Virus record (IMG/VR): IMGVR_UViG_3300043683_000017
Coordinates: 1-48,887 of that record
Reading direction: 5' to 3' (one strand)
Length of the DNA stretch: 48,887 bases
DNA from: a virus
Lineage: Duplodnaviria; Caudoviricetes
Below are positions 37,867-46,080 of the stretch, one piece after another. How positions within the stretch are numbered: the first letter of the stretch is position 1; each line of letters opens with the position of its first letter. The notes beneath the pieces are model-generated. The model was not told where the DNA came from, did not search any database, and saw only the letters and a list, made by a program, of their open reading frames with translations. The translations under genes were made by a program, and so were the position numbers.

Positions 37867-39453
37867 CTATACGTAGCTTGCTGAAGCCCCTCGCGGCAGA
37901 GTCTTCTTGGCCGCCGGTATGAATCTCCTAATTGCCGAACCCACGGCATCAACAAGATCGTCGTGCGGGCCCTTCGGGAACGTGCACATCTGCTGCTCCA
38001 ACTCCGGCAGCCGGCGCGCGTGCAGCACCCGGCCTCGCTGGTAGTGGTTCAGCACGCCCTCCGCCCGGACGAACTTGTTCTCCGACTGAGAGACGGGCTT
38101 CACCTTCACCGGCATGTCGTGCAGGATCGCCTTCCAGGTGTCGCCGCCCTGGTTGACCTCGATCAGGATCAGGCCGATCTGCGGGAACTCGTCCAGGAAC
38201 GCCAGCACCAAGTCCCGCAGCAGCGGGCCGGGCTGCACGCGGACGGCCGTCGCAGCGTGGACAGTGCAGCGGCGGTGCTGCGCGGACCAGGACACGACCG
38301 CGAGCCCGGTGAAGTCGCTGGTGCGCTTCGCGGTGGTCGCCGGGTCGATGCTCAGCATCATGTGCGTGGCCGGGTCGATGCCGGTGACGGGGTCGCGGCG
38401 GTCGGACCGGTTCAGCCCCTCGAAGCGGGCCATGTCGTCCGGCGGTTCGGGATAGCGGAAGTCGTCGGGCGACCACAGTGCACCGTCCGCGGCGAGCGGG
38501 TCGTTGGCCATGTTCTTGGCGTAGGACCTGGTGTGCCGAATCTCCAGCAGGTACGTCAGCGGCCACTTCGCCGGCCACATGGACCGCTCCGTGCCGTCCG
38601 GGCGCTGCACGATGGGCGCGGAGTAGTGCGCGCGGATGCCTTCTTCGCGGATCCAGTCGGCGGTCTCCACGCCACGGGCGTGCTTGACGAGCTGGTGGAT
38701 GATGCTCCCCGGCATGGTGACGGTGCCGCAGATCACGACCCTCGCGTAGATGTTCAGGGGGAGGATCGCGTCGAGGAATGTCGTCTTCCGTTTGGCCGCG
38801 AGGTCGGGGCTGTAGCTGCTCTCGTCCGGCTCAATATCGTCTAGCAAGATCAAGTCAGGGCGCTGCTCGCCGACTTTCATGCCGAGGCTGGAGCTGTCCA
38901 CGCCGCGGGCCGCGAAGACGAAGCCGGACTTCGCCACGTACATCGACTGGGTGTCCGCGACGCTGTTGCCCGATGGGCGCCGCGCGGGGGCGCAGAGGTC
39001 CGGGTAGTCCAGGCGCAGCAGTTCGTTGCGGTCGATCTCGCTCTTCGCCGTGGCCAGGTGGGTCTCGGCCTGTGTCGCTGACGCGGCGAACGCTGCGGCG
39101 AACCGGACGTGGCCGTGCGCGGCCGCCCACAAGGGCAGGATCAGGAACCACCATGTTGACTTGCCGGTGTTGCGCGGGGCGATCCACGCGTCCCGCTCCT
39201 CCGCCGGGCCGGCCACGGGCCTGACCCATCCTTGGCCGGCGCGGGCCCAGTCGAGGTGGGCGTCGCCGAAGGTGATCTCCCCGTCGGAGTCCTTGAGGTG
39301 GTGGCTGAGGTAGACGAGGGCGAACAGCAGCGGGTCGAGGCGGGTGAGGGTCTGGCGGCCTTCGGGGTCGGCGAGGAGGTCGGCGTCCTGTGCGGCGAGG
39401 TAGGTGTCGAGGTCGAACGTCTCGGCGTCGAGCCCGGCGAGGTACCCGCTCAT
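37867..39453 (-). CDS. terL: Terminase large subunit
   Basis: Walker A APRNTGKST, Walker B LILLDDIE, nuclease SIDPA, IEVNQGG, HDDLVDA. Confidence 0.93.
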   Translation of the reverse strand: MSGYLAGLDAETFDLDTYLAAQDADLLADPEGRQTLTRLDPLLFALVYLSHHLKDSDGEITFGDAHLDWARAGQGWVRPVAGPAEERDAWIAPRNTGKSTWWFLILPLWAAAHGHVRFAAAFAASATQAETHLATAKSEIDRNELLRLDYPDLCAPARRPSGNSVADTQSMYVAKSGFVFAARGVDSSSLGMKVGEQRPDLILLDDIEPDESSYSPDLAAKRKTTFLDAILPLNIYARVVICGTVTMPGSIIHQLVKHARGVETADWIREEGIRAHYSAPIVQRPDGTERSMWPAKWPLTYLLEIRHTRSYAKNMANDPLAADGALWSPDDFRYPEPPDDMARFEGLNRSDRRDPVTGIDPATHMMLSIDPATTAKRTSDFTGLAVVSWSAQHRRCTVHAATAVRVQPGPLLRDLVLAFLDEFPQIGLILIEVNQGGDTWKAILHDMPVKVKPVSQSENKFVRAEGVLNHYQRGRVLHARRLPELEQQMCTFPKGPHDDLVDAVGSAIRRFIPAAKKTLPRGASASYV

Positions 39454-40076
39454 TCCGCCTGGTCGTCTTCGCCTGCGAGCAGTCGCCGCTCCTGGTCGGC
39501 GACGCGCTCCTTGGCCAGACGGATCCGCTCCTGCAGTTCCGCGTTCTGCGGGATGGTAGTGAGCGTCGCGTCGAGCTTGGCCGCTGCGTCGTGGCCGTCG
39601 AGTTTCCGGGCGGACTCGTTGACCTTGAGCAGGCGGTCGATGGCCTGCAGCACGGGTGCGTCGTCGACGAGGGGGGTCTCTTCGCCCGTGGCCTCGTCTT
39701 TGATCATGATGATGCGGCCATGGGAGACGGTGAGGTGCTTGCGCTCCATCACCTCCAGGGCGGCCTCGTGCATCAACTCCAGGCGTTCGCGGAGCATGTC
39801 GCGTACTTCTGCGGCGCGCTGCTCGCGTTCGGCGTCGGGTGCGCGGCGGCCGCGTTCGACGTGGGCGTGTGCGTTGCCCTTGCTTTTGATGCCGAGGGCG
39901 TCGGCGATCTGCTGGAACGTCCAGTTGTTTTTGTGGCGGCGTTCGGCGGCCCATACGTCGCGGTCGCGTTGGTTGGGCGGGGTCTGGAATTGGTGGCGGC
40001 TGTTGCGTGCTCGCTCCAGCCTGGGCGGGGGTGGGGGGATGTCGTCGTGGCCCCATCCTGGGGTGTCGTCGCTCAT
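39450..40076 (-). CDS. terS: Terminase small subunit
   Basis: HTH WTFQQIADALG, AIDRLLKV...KLDG; coupled to terL. Confidence 0.8.
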   Translation of the reverse strand: MSDDTPGWGHDDIPPPPPRLERARNSRHQFQTPPNQRDRDVWAAERRHKNNWTFQQIADALGIKSKGNAHAHVERGRRAPDAEREQRAAEVRDMLRERLELMHEAALEVMERKHLTVSHGRIIMIKDEATGEETPLVDDAPVLQAIDRLLKVNESARKLDGHDAAAKLDATLTTIPQNAELQERIRLAKERVADQERRLLAGEDDQAE

Positions 40077-40100
40077 GTGCGCCTCCGGCCGGTGCGGGTA

Positions 40101-40115
40101 CCTTTGAATCGTAGG
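40101..40115. promoter_or_regulatory. 15-bp motif upstream of terS
   Basis: CCTTTGAATCGTAGG, 24 nt before the terS ATG. Confidence 0.6.
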
Positions 40116-40166
40116 CGAAGACGTCGAATCATCCCATGTTCTGGGTGTCGATTGGCAGTGAGACTG

Positions 40167-40358
40167 ATGGTTTCAGCTCGTGGCGGCCGTTTTGGCTTTG
40201 TCTTCCGCTCGCGGCAGGACGCGTACAGGGCGCTGCGCCGGCAGGGTGCGAGCAAGGCGAAGGCTGCGCGCATCAGTAACGCGGGCCGGACCCGGGTGCA
40301 GCGGTCGGTGATGGCGCGGAAGGCTGCGAGGACGCGGAAGCGGCGCGGCGGCAAGTAG
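40167..40358 (+). CDS. Small, very basic protein (63 aa)
   Basis: MVSARGG...YRALRRQGASKAKAARISNAG...RKAARTRKRRGGK; followed by a strong hairpin. Confidence 0.65.
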   Translation: MVSARGGRFGFVFRSRQDAYRALRRQGASKAKAARISNAGRTRVQRSVMARKAARTRKRRGGK

Positions 40359-40381
40359 GCCACCCGGTAGGCGGGATGGGC

Positions 40382-40414
40382 GCGGCCCCCGGAGACGTGG
40401 CATCCGGGGGCCGC
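40382..40414. terminator. Bidirectional terminator-like hairpin
   Basis: 12-bp stem GCGGCCCCCGGA/TCCGGGGGCCGC between convergent genes. Confidence 0.72.
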
Positions 40415-40432
40415 TGCGTGTTCGGGGCGGGG

Positions 40433-40549
40433 CTACCGCAAGCCGAGGTGCTGAAGCACGAAAACGAGGCCGCAACTCACTGCACACCAGGTGCAATACC
40501 AGAGCACGCCGCCGGTGCGGGTCCCCACGAATTTCGCGAACTTGCTCAT
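40433..40549 (-). CDS. 38-aa putative membrane peptide (not in the ORF track)
   Basis: MSKFAKFVGTRTGGVLWYCTWCAVSCGLVFVLQHLGLR; GGAGG 8 nt upstream; fills the gap before the terminator. Confidence 0.5.
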   Translation of the reverse strand: MSKFAKFVGTRTGGVLWYCTWCAVSCGLVFVLQHLGLR

Positions 40550-40563
40550 GTCCCCATCCTCCC

Positions 40564-41181
40564 TCACCCCGTGATACTCCCGGTGAATTCGGGGAAGGCC
40601 ATGGTGTCGCCGGCCGCGGACATGCGCTGCACGGTGACGACGATCTTCCGTCCGAACTGCTTCTCCAGCGCCTCGCCGTCTGCCTTCATGACCGTCACCC
40701 CGGGAGCCAGTCGCCCCTCAAGTCCGGGCGCCCCGTTGGACCAGGAGGTGGCTGCGGCTTCTCCGCCGGTGGTCGCCCCGGCGGTGATCACGGACAGGGT
40801 GCTCAGGTCGAACGGGGTGTGCCCGCCGTTGGTGACCTTGATCATCACCTGGTAGTCGGTGTCTCCGGTGGGCTTCTCCCCGCCGGCGCGGTCGTAGGCG
40901 GTGAACACGCGCGCCTGGGTGACTGTTGCCGTCACCCCGTCGGGCCAGGCGTATGTCTGGCCGAACTGCTTGGTGAGGCCGGCGGTGTCGGCAGACGGGC
41001 CGGTGCAGTTCGCGGTCCAGTCAGCTTGGGACAGGGCCGTGTCGGAGCAGTCGATCTTGGCTTCGGCCGCTGCGGTGGTGCCGGTGGGCCTGGCCGCGGT
41101 GTCGGTGCCGTTGCTGCCTGAGCAGGCGGTGAGCAGTGCGCCGGCGGTGAGCAGGATGGCGAGCGTGGTGCGGGTGCGCAC
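40564..41181 (-). CDS. Lipoprotein (DUF4352-like Ig-type domain)
   Basis: Signal peptide with lipobox LTAC; FGQTYAWPDG, VTNGG, LAPG motifs. Confidence 0.78.
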   Translation of the reverse strand: MRTRTTLAILLTAGALLTACSGSNGTDTAARPTGTTAAAEAKIDCSDTALSQADWTANCTGPSADTAGLTKQFGQTYAWPDGVTATVTQARVFTAYDRAGGEKPTGDTDYQVMIKVTNGGHTPFDLSTLSVITAGATTGGEAAATSWSNGAPGLEGRLAPGVTVMKADGEALEKQFGRKIVVTVQRMSAAGDTMAFPEFTGSITG

Positions 41182-41262
41182 GATGGTCCCCCCTTGTGGT
41201 GGTTGTGGCGGGGTTGAGCGTGGCACCCGGCACACCCACGAATGGCCGGTGTGACGGAGTTG

Positions 41263-41655
41263 TTACGCGCGGTCATCGACGGGTGCGCGGCTGCTGCCGC
41301 AGGCGTTGCACGTGAAGCCGACCGGGGGGACGCCCTCGCAGTTCGGGCAGGCGGGCGCGAGGAGGTCCATCGGCTGGCACCCGAAGAACGCCGCGAAGGC
41401 CATGAGGTGATCCACGCTCATGTTGCGAGGCCGGGGCTCGCTCCGGGCCCCGGAGCTGCCCTTCTCCGTGAAGAAGATGATGCTCTCGGTCATGGGGTAT
41501 CCGGCCTGGCTCATGGCCTCCGCGAGTTGGCGCTGCGTGAGGCCATGGTGGTTGCGGCGGATCGCGACGTTCTGGCCTGCGGTCCGGGCGTAGAGGGTGT
41601 TGTCTTCCGTGAGGCGGGCTTTGTAGGCCTTGGGCGTGGGGTGCTCGGGTGTCAC
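41263..41655 (-). CDS. XRE-family HTH regulator with C-terminal Zn ribbon
   Basis: GLTQRQLAEAM..TEKG; CPNC..CNAC. Confidence 0.78.
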   Translation of the reverse strand: MTPEHPTPKAYKARLTEDNTLYARTAGQNVAIRRNHHGLTQRQLAEAMSQAGYPMTESIIFFTEKGSSGARSEPRPRNMSVDHLMAFAAFFGCQPMDLLAPACPNCEGVPPVGFTCNACGSSRAPVDDRA

Positions 41656-41873
41656 GGGCTGGGCTCCTTGTCGGGTGGGGTGCGCCACATCAGGCGGAAC
41701 GTCTCAGTGAGCAGGTGCTCGGCGTGTGGACCCATATCCCCGGGGCGCGCACAGGAGTCGAGGAGTCGCCTCTCCGCGCGGTGTGTCTCCGCGTCGACGA
41801 GCTTCATGAATGCCAGTTGGTCGCGGAGCGGGAGTTGGATGGTGGGCCGGTGGTCGCCGGGGCTACCGGCCAT
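41652..41873 (-). CDS. Hypothetical protein
   Basis: Overlapping neighbours; RBS GAGG. Confidence 0.5.
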   Translation of the reverse strand: MAGSPGDHRPTIQLPLRDQLAFMKLVDAETHRAERRLLDSCARPGDMGPHAEHLLTETFRLMWRTPPDKEPSP

Positions 41874-42024
41874 CGCCTCTTTCGCCCGTCGCGGTGGTCG
41901 GCGGGAGCGCGGTGGTGGTTCCGTACCGCTCGGTCTTGTGTCCGCACATGCAGGCGGGGTTGGTGCAGTGCTGGTCGCGGGGCGCACGCGTGTCGGCCGC
42001 TCGGGCGCAGGGTTGGCAGATCAT
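41863..42024 (-). CDS. Small Cys-rich protein
   Basis: MICQPC...HC...CMCGH; ATGA overlap. Confidence 0.6.
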   Translation of the reverse strand: MICQPCARAADTRAPRDQHCTNPACMCGHKTERYGTTTALPPTTATGERGDGR

Positions 42025-42806
42025 GAGGTGGGCTCCGTGGTGTCGTACTCGAAGTGCAGCCCGGCTGCGCGCGCCTCTTCGGGGAGCAGCGCCGTGGCAG
42101 CCTCGGCGGCCCACTTGAGCCGTACTGGGTGGATGGGGCACTCGGGTGCGTGGATCGACTCGCCGTCGAAGTCCCCGCCGCCGCAGGGGCAAGACCCCTT
42201 TGGGGCGAGGGCGGGCGGCGGGAGCGGGACGCCGAACACGGCCATCAGTTGGTCGTAGAGCCCTTCGGTGGTGAACGGCCCGGGGTCTGGTGCAAGGGCA
42301 TCCGGGGCGCGGCCGGTGGTCACCTTCACCTCCGAGTACGGCCGCACCCCGGGAAGCGCTGACCCTTCGGCTAGCGCCTGCTCGGCGATGGCGCGCAGCG
42401 GTGCCGGATCAGGCGCGGGCGCCGGGTAGTTCGGGCCGCGCAGGGCGGGGCTGACCGTGCCCCGGTGCTGCGCCTTCTTGCCCGCCGCCAGCCACTTGCC
42501 CCACGTCTTCCCCCACGCCTCTGCCAGCGCGTCCTGCTCGTCGCAGTCGTACCCGGGGTGGGCAACGTGGCGTCCGCTCGGGCACGCGGGCGCCCAGTGG
42601 GTGAGGAGCTTCGCGGTCAGTGTGGTGATCTCCGGGTTGATCGTGACAACGACCGGCGGCGGCTGCTCCCCACCAATCACGGCCATGACGCGGGCGGTCA
42701 TCTCGTCAACGTCGATGCCTTCCTGGTAGAGGCAGCTGTGCGTTTCGGCTTCGTTGCGGATGGCCTGCCTGATGCGTGCGCGCAGGTCGGGTTCGGTGCT
42801 GCTCAC
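42021..42806 (-). CDS. Hypothetical protein
   Basis: RBS AAGGAG; GTGA overlap; Cys/His clusters. Confidence 0.65.
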   Translation of the reverse strand: MSSTEPDLRARIRQAIRNEAETHSCLYQEGIDVDEMTARVMAVIGGEQPPPVVVTINPEITTLTAKLLTHWAPACPSGRHVAHPGYDCDEQDALAEAWGKTWGKWLAAGKKAQHRGTVSPALRGPNYPAPAPDPAPLRAIAEQALAEGSALPGVRPYSEVKVTTGRAPDALAPDPGPFTTEGLYDQLMAVFGVPLPPPALAPKGSCPCGGGDFDGESIHAPECPIHPVRLKWAAEAATALLPEEARAAGLHFEYDTTEPTS

Positions 42807-42982
42807 GTGCTGCTCCTTCGCGCTGTGCGTTGCATGGCGCGCCGTGTGGCCCGGTTGGGCGGGGGCGGGTCGGGTGTGTCATCGGGGATGACGGTCTCGG
42901 TGCGGACGATGGCCGTGTCCCACGTCGCCCCGGGCCGCCCGGGGTGTTCACCGGCCGGCGTACTGGACGGGCCGCCGGTCAC
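42803..42982 (-). CDS. Hypothetical protein (59 aa)
   Basis: GTGA overlaps at both ends; NRATRR motif. Confidence 0.55.
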   Translation of the reverse strand: MTGGPSSTPAGEHPGRPGATWDTAIVRTETVIPDDTPDPPPPNRATRRAMQRTARRSST

Positions 42983-44172
42983 CGGGCGTCTCCGTCGGTC
43001 TGGCCGGCGGGCGGGCTCCATCCGTCGAGAGCCGCCGCGATCCGCTGGGCTGCCCCGCCCCGCGTCATCTCGTCTTCGGGGTCGGTGAGGTCGTTGCCGT
43101 TGGCCAGTTGGTCGTGCAGTGCGCGGACGCGGGCGATGGTGTCCCGCTGCTGAACCTCGGTCTGCCCAAGGCGCTCCACCAGGTCTTCCAACCGCCGGGC
43201 TTCGGCTTCGGCCTCCGTGGCGCGGGCGGCGAGACGTTGGACGGCCGGGGCGACGGCGGGCCGGTCGTCACCGTGCGCACCGTTGTCCCCGGCGGCTTCG
43301 AGGATGTCCCGGGCTTCTTCGAGGAGGGCGGCGCGCTCGGAGGCGGCGGCTTGCGCTGTGGCCCGCTGGCCGCGGGAGGCGTGGAGCATGAGGCGGACGC
43401 GCTCGTACTCGGTGCGCAGCTCGGCCAGTTCGGTGAGGACCGGCTGCATCATGGCGAGGGCGGCGTTGACAGCCTGCCAGATGATCGCGTTGCGGTGTAC
43501 CGGGTCGGGCGGCATGTGGTCGCCGAGCTCGCGGATGTACGCGTACACCGCGTCGTAAGCGGGCTCGCGGGGGCTGGCCGCCAACTGGTCGCGGAGCGCG
43601 GGGACGGCCGGGTTGTCCGCCGTGTCACTGCTGGTCGCAGGGTTGTCCGGGGTTGTCCGGCGCCACGCGCAGTCGCTGGCGTGCCAGCTGCGCCCCATGC
43701 CGCCGTGTCCGCAGTCGCACCCGGGCGTGCTGACGCCGGACTGCGCCAGGTCGGCGACCCAGCCCACCCCCGTTCCGCCCGCAACCTTGATGACGAGGCT
43801 GGTCTCCTGCCCGTACTCGGCGGCTACGAGGTCGGCGATGGCTTGGGCGCGGCTTCGGGAGTCGGCCGGGGTGGCGGCGTGTACGACGACCGTGACCGTG
43901 GCGGGGAGCTGCGCGCGGTCAGGGTTGGCCAGGCAGCTCGTCGGGTCGATGCCCTCGCAGTTCGAGCAGGCGTGCGCGGCGCGGTCGGGGCGTTCGGCAC
44001 AGTCGGGTCCGCCGCAGCCCGCACACCCGGCACACGACGAGACGGGCGGGTTGTCCGGGGTCGTCCGGGAGGTGACGCATTCGTCGATGATGCAGGCGCG
44101 GCCGTGGCACATGCGGCCGTCCGTCCCGTGACACGTCGGGTAGTCGTCGGGCTCTGGCGTGGGGTCAGGCAC
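42979..44172 (-). CDS. Hypothetical mosaic protein (Cys-rich modules plus coiled coil)
   Basis: RBS GAGGAG; repeated RTTPDNP linker; several CxxC clusters. Confidence 0.65.
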   Translation of the reverse strand: MPDPTPEPDDYPTCHGTDGRMCHGRACIIDECVTSRTTPDNPPVSSCAGCAGCGGPDCAERPDRAAHACSNCEGIDPTSCLANPDRAQLPATVTVVVHAATPADSRSRAQAIADLVAAEYGQETSLVIKVAGGTGVGWVADLAQSGVSTPGCDCGHGGMGRSWHASDCAWRRTTPDNPATSSDTADNPAVPALRDQLAASPREPAYDAVYAYIRELGDHMPPDPVHRNAIIWQAVNAALAMMQPVLTELAELRTEYERVRLMLHASRGQRATAQAAASERAALLEEARDILEAAGDNGAHGDDRPAVAPAVQRLAARATEAEAEARRLEDLVERLGQTEVQQRDTIARVRALHDQLANGNDLTDPEDEMTRGGAAQRIAAALDGWSPPAGQTDGDAR

Positions 44173-44362
44173 GGTCGGGCTCCTCGGTGGTGCTGGGGTA
44201 GTGGGCTGCGCTGTCGGGCCAGAGTGAGCAGCCGCCCTTGTGGCGCCCGTCGTGTCCGGTGTCGAGTTCGCACCGGTTGATCATGAGTCCGGTGGACAGA
44301 GCGAGCGTGGCGGGGCAGATGGTCGCCACGTCGCGGAGGTGACGAAGGCGGATGTCAGGCAT
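44165..44362 (-). CDS. Hypothetical protein (65 aa)
   Basis: RBS GAGGAG; C...CELDTGHDGRH. Confidence 0.55.
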   Translation of the reverse strand: MPDIRLRHLRDVATICPATLALSTGLMINRCELDTGHDGRHKGGCSLWPDSAAHYPSTTEEPDRA

Positions 44363-44427
44363 GCGGGGGCTCCTCAACGGCGGGGGTGGTGGTCACGTGG
44401 CGCTCCTCGGAGGTCGGCGGGTGGTCG

Positions 44428-44501
44428 TGGCCGGAGCGGGATTCGAACCCGCACTTGAGCCGCTTTTAAGGCGGCGGCTTCTGCCGTTGAGCGACCCGGC
44501 C
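44428..44501 (-). tRNA. tRNA-Leu(UAA), short variable loop, no encoded CCA
   Basis: GGCCGGG TC GCT CAACGGCAGA AGC C GCCGC CT-TAA-AA GCGGC TCAAGT GCGGG TTCGAAT CCCGC TCCGGCC A; all four stems pair; anticodon at 44466-44468. Confidence 0.85.
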
Positions 44502-44507
44502 GGGCGG

Positions 44508-45251
44508 TCAGGCGGCTCGCTGCCTGGCCGCGACACGTGCCTTACCGCGCTCCGCCTCGCACGCCTTGCAGGAGCGTTCGCCGCGGTGACCGGCCTTGGC
44601 CGCGGGCCGGCGGTAGGTGTTCTCCGGGGTCATCTCGTGCGGGCCCTTGCCGCCCTTGCAGTGCGTGGCGAGGGGCTTGGTGCGGGACCCGATGCGCCGG
44701 TCGGTGCCCTTGTTGCGGGGCGGCGTCTCGGGTGCGTACCACTGGACGCGGAACCGACGACGGGCCTGGGTGAGGCGCTGGGTCAGCGCGCTGTACTTGA
44801 GCCCGAGGGAGTCGGCGGCGGCCTGGTAGTCGCCGTGGACGGCGAGGGCGACGATCGCGTCGCGGTCGACGTCGGGCAGGGTGGCGAGGATTTCGTAGAC
44901 GGCGATCCGCTCCAGCAGTCCTTCTTCAGGTCGGTGCGGGGGTTGCCACCAGTACTGGACGTAGCGCTGGCCGGAGGCGACTTCGGTGGTGCCGTCGCGG
45001 TCCTTGAAGCCGTAGTTCTCGCGCATCTCGCGGACCTCGGCGTAGATGGCCCGCCAGCCGGTGGTGAACAGGTCGTGCCAGGTGGGCGGTTCCTCAGCAG
45101 CGCACAGGTGCTCGGCGATCGCGGACCAGGCGGTGTTGTAGCGGGTGTCGGCGTCGGAGGCCCTGGACCGGTCGTTGTTGACGGAGGCCCGGGTCACCTG
45201 GTCGAGGCTGCGCATGGTCCAGCCGTGCGCGACGGGCAGGTCGGTGATCAC
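44508..45251 (-). CDS. Sigma-70/ECF-like regulator (region 4 HTH) with C-terminal Zn-binding module
   Basis: LATLPDVDRDAIVALAVHGDYQAAADSLGLKYSALTQRLTQARRRF; HCKG..HEMTPENTY..CKAC. Confidence 0.7.
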   Translation of the reverse strand: MITDLPVAHGWTMRSLDQVTRASVNNDRSRASDADTRYNTAWSAIAEHLCAAEEPPTWHDLFTTGWRAIYAEVREMRENYGFKDRDGTTEVASGQRYVQYWWQPPHRPEEGLLERIAVYEILATLPDVDRDAIVALAVHGDYQAAADSLGLKYSALTQRLTQARRRFRVQWYAPETPPRNKGTDRRIGSRTKPLATHCKGGKGPHEMTPENTYRRPAAKAGHRGERSCKACEAERGKARVAARQRAA

Positions 45252-45625
45252 TTGCCGCCTCCGGTCCGGTGCGGGGCCAGCGCGGCACGCACGTCGTCGA
45301 GTGAGGCGTAGGGCCGGGGCGTAATGCTGCCCGGGTAGACGTGGGCGCGGGCGGCGGCGGTCGCGGCGTCCACGTCGATGTCGGCCTGGGCGACGGTGTG
45401 GACGCGCTGGAAGCCGGCCATGCGCTCCAGGGGCTGGGCGTAGCCGCTATCGGACCAGCGGGTGTCACGCACGGCCTTGATGCGCCCTTCGCGGGTCAGG
45501 TTGGACACGACCATGACGACGTACTCGGTGGTTTCGGTGCGGCCCTCGGTGGTCGAGTGGGAGACGTTGATGCGCTCGATGACGGCGAGGTCGCCTCGGC
45601 GGACGCGGATCTGCTCGGTGCTCAA
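45248..45625 (-). CDS. Hypothetical protein
   Basis: TTG after AAGGAG; GTGA overlap with the next gene. Confidence 0.6.
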   Translation of the reverse strand: MSTEQIRVRRGDLAVIERINVSHSTTEGRTETTEYVVMVVSNLTREGRIKAVRDTRWSDSGYAQPLERMAGFQRVHTVAQADIDVDAATAAARAHVYPGSITPRPYASLDDVRAALAPHRTGGGK

Positions 45626-45713
45626 CGGCTTGCTCCTTCGGTGTTGTGTGGTCGTGTGCGCCCCGCACAGGCGGGCGGTGGACATGCGGGGCGGCAACGG
45701 GGCGCGGGGGCCG

Positions 45714-46019
45714 CTACGGGGCGGGGACTGCGGGCCCGTGGAAGCCGTAGCCGCCGTCGGGCGCCGGCCAACCCCACAGGTCGCCGTAGGGCTTGGCCCG
45801 GGCGATGAGGCCGACGGTGGCCGGGTCGTTGCAGCGCAGGCCGCGGCGGTGCGCTTCGAACGCGGACAGGCTGCTGAACGTGCGGTGGCAGCAACTGGCG
45901 TGTGAGCGCTCGTTGCCGGTCCACCAGAGCCCGCACTGGCCGTGCCAGATGGCGTTCGGCGGGGCGGGGATCTGCTCGGGCAGGGCCGTTGCGGTCGGGG
46001 TGGGGGTTTCGGTTGCCAC
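45714..46019 (-). CDS. Phage FDXHR-type zinc-binding protein
   Basis: CG..W.G...HASCCHRTFSSLSAFEAHR..CNDP. Confidence 0.72.
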   Translation of the reverse strand: MATETPTPTATALPEQIPAPPNAIWHGQCGLWWTGNERSHASCCHRTFSSLSAFEAHRRGLRCNDPATVGLIARAKPYGDLWGWPAPDGGYGFHGPAVPAP

Positions 46020-46080
46020 AGGGATGGCCTTTCTAAGGGGAAGGGATTGGGTCAGGAGCGATCGGGAGACGTCCGGACTG

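Noticed and set aside
44428-44501. tRNA as a prophage attachment site
   Set aside because: It is internal to and co-oriented with a phage operon, has phage genes on both sides, and no integrase or duplicated 3' end was seen.
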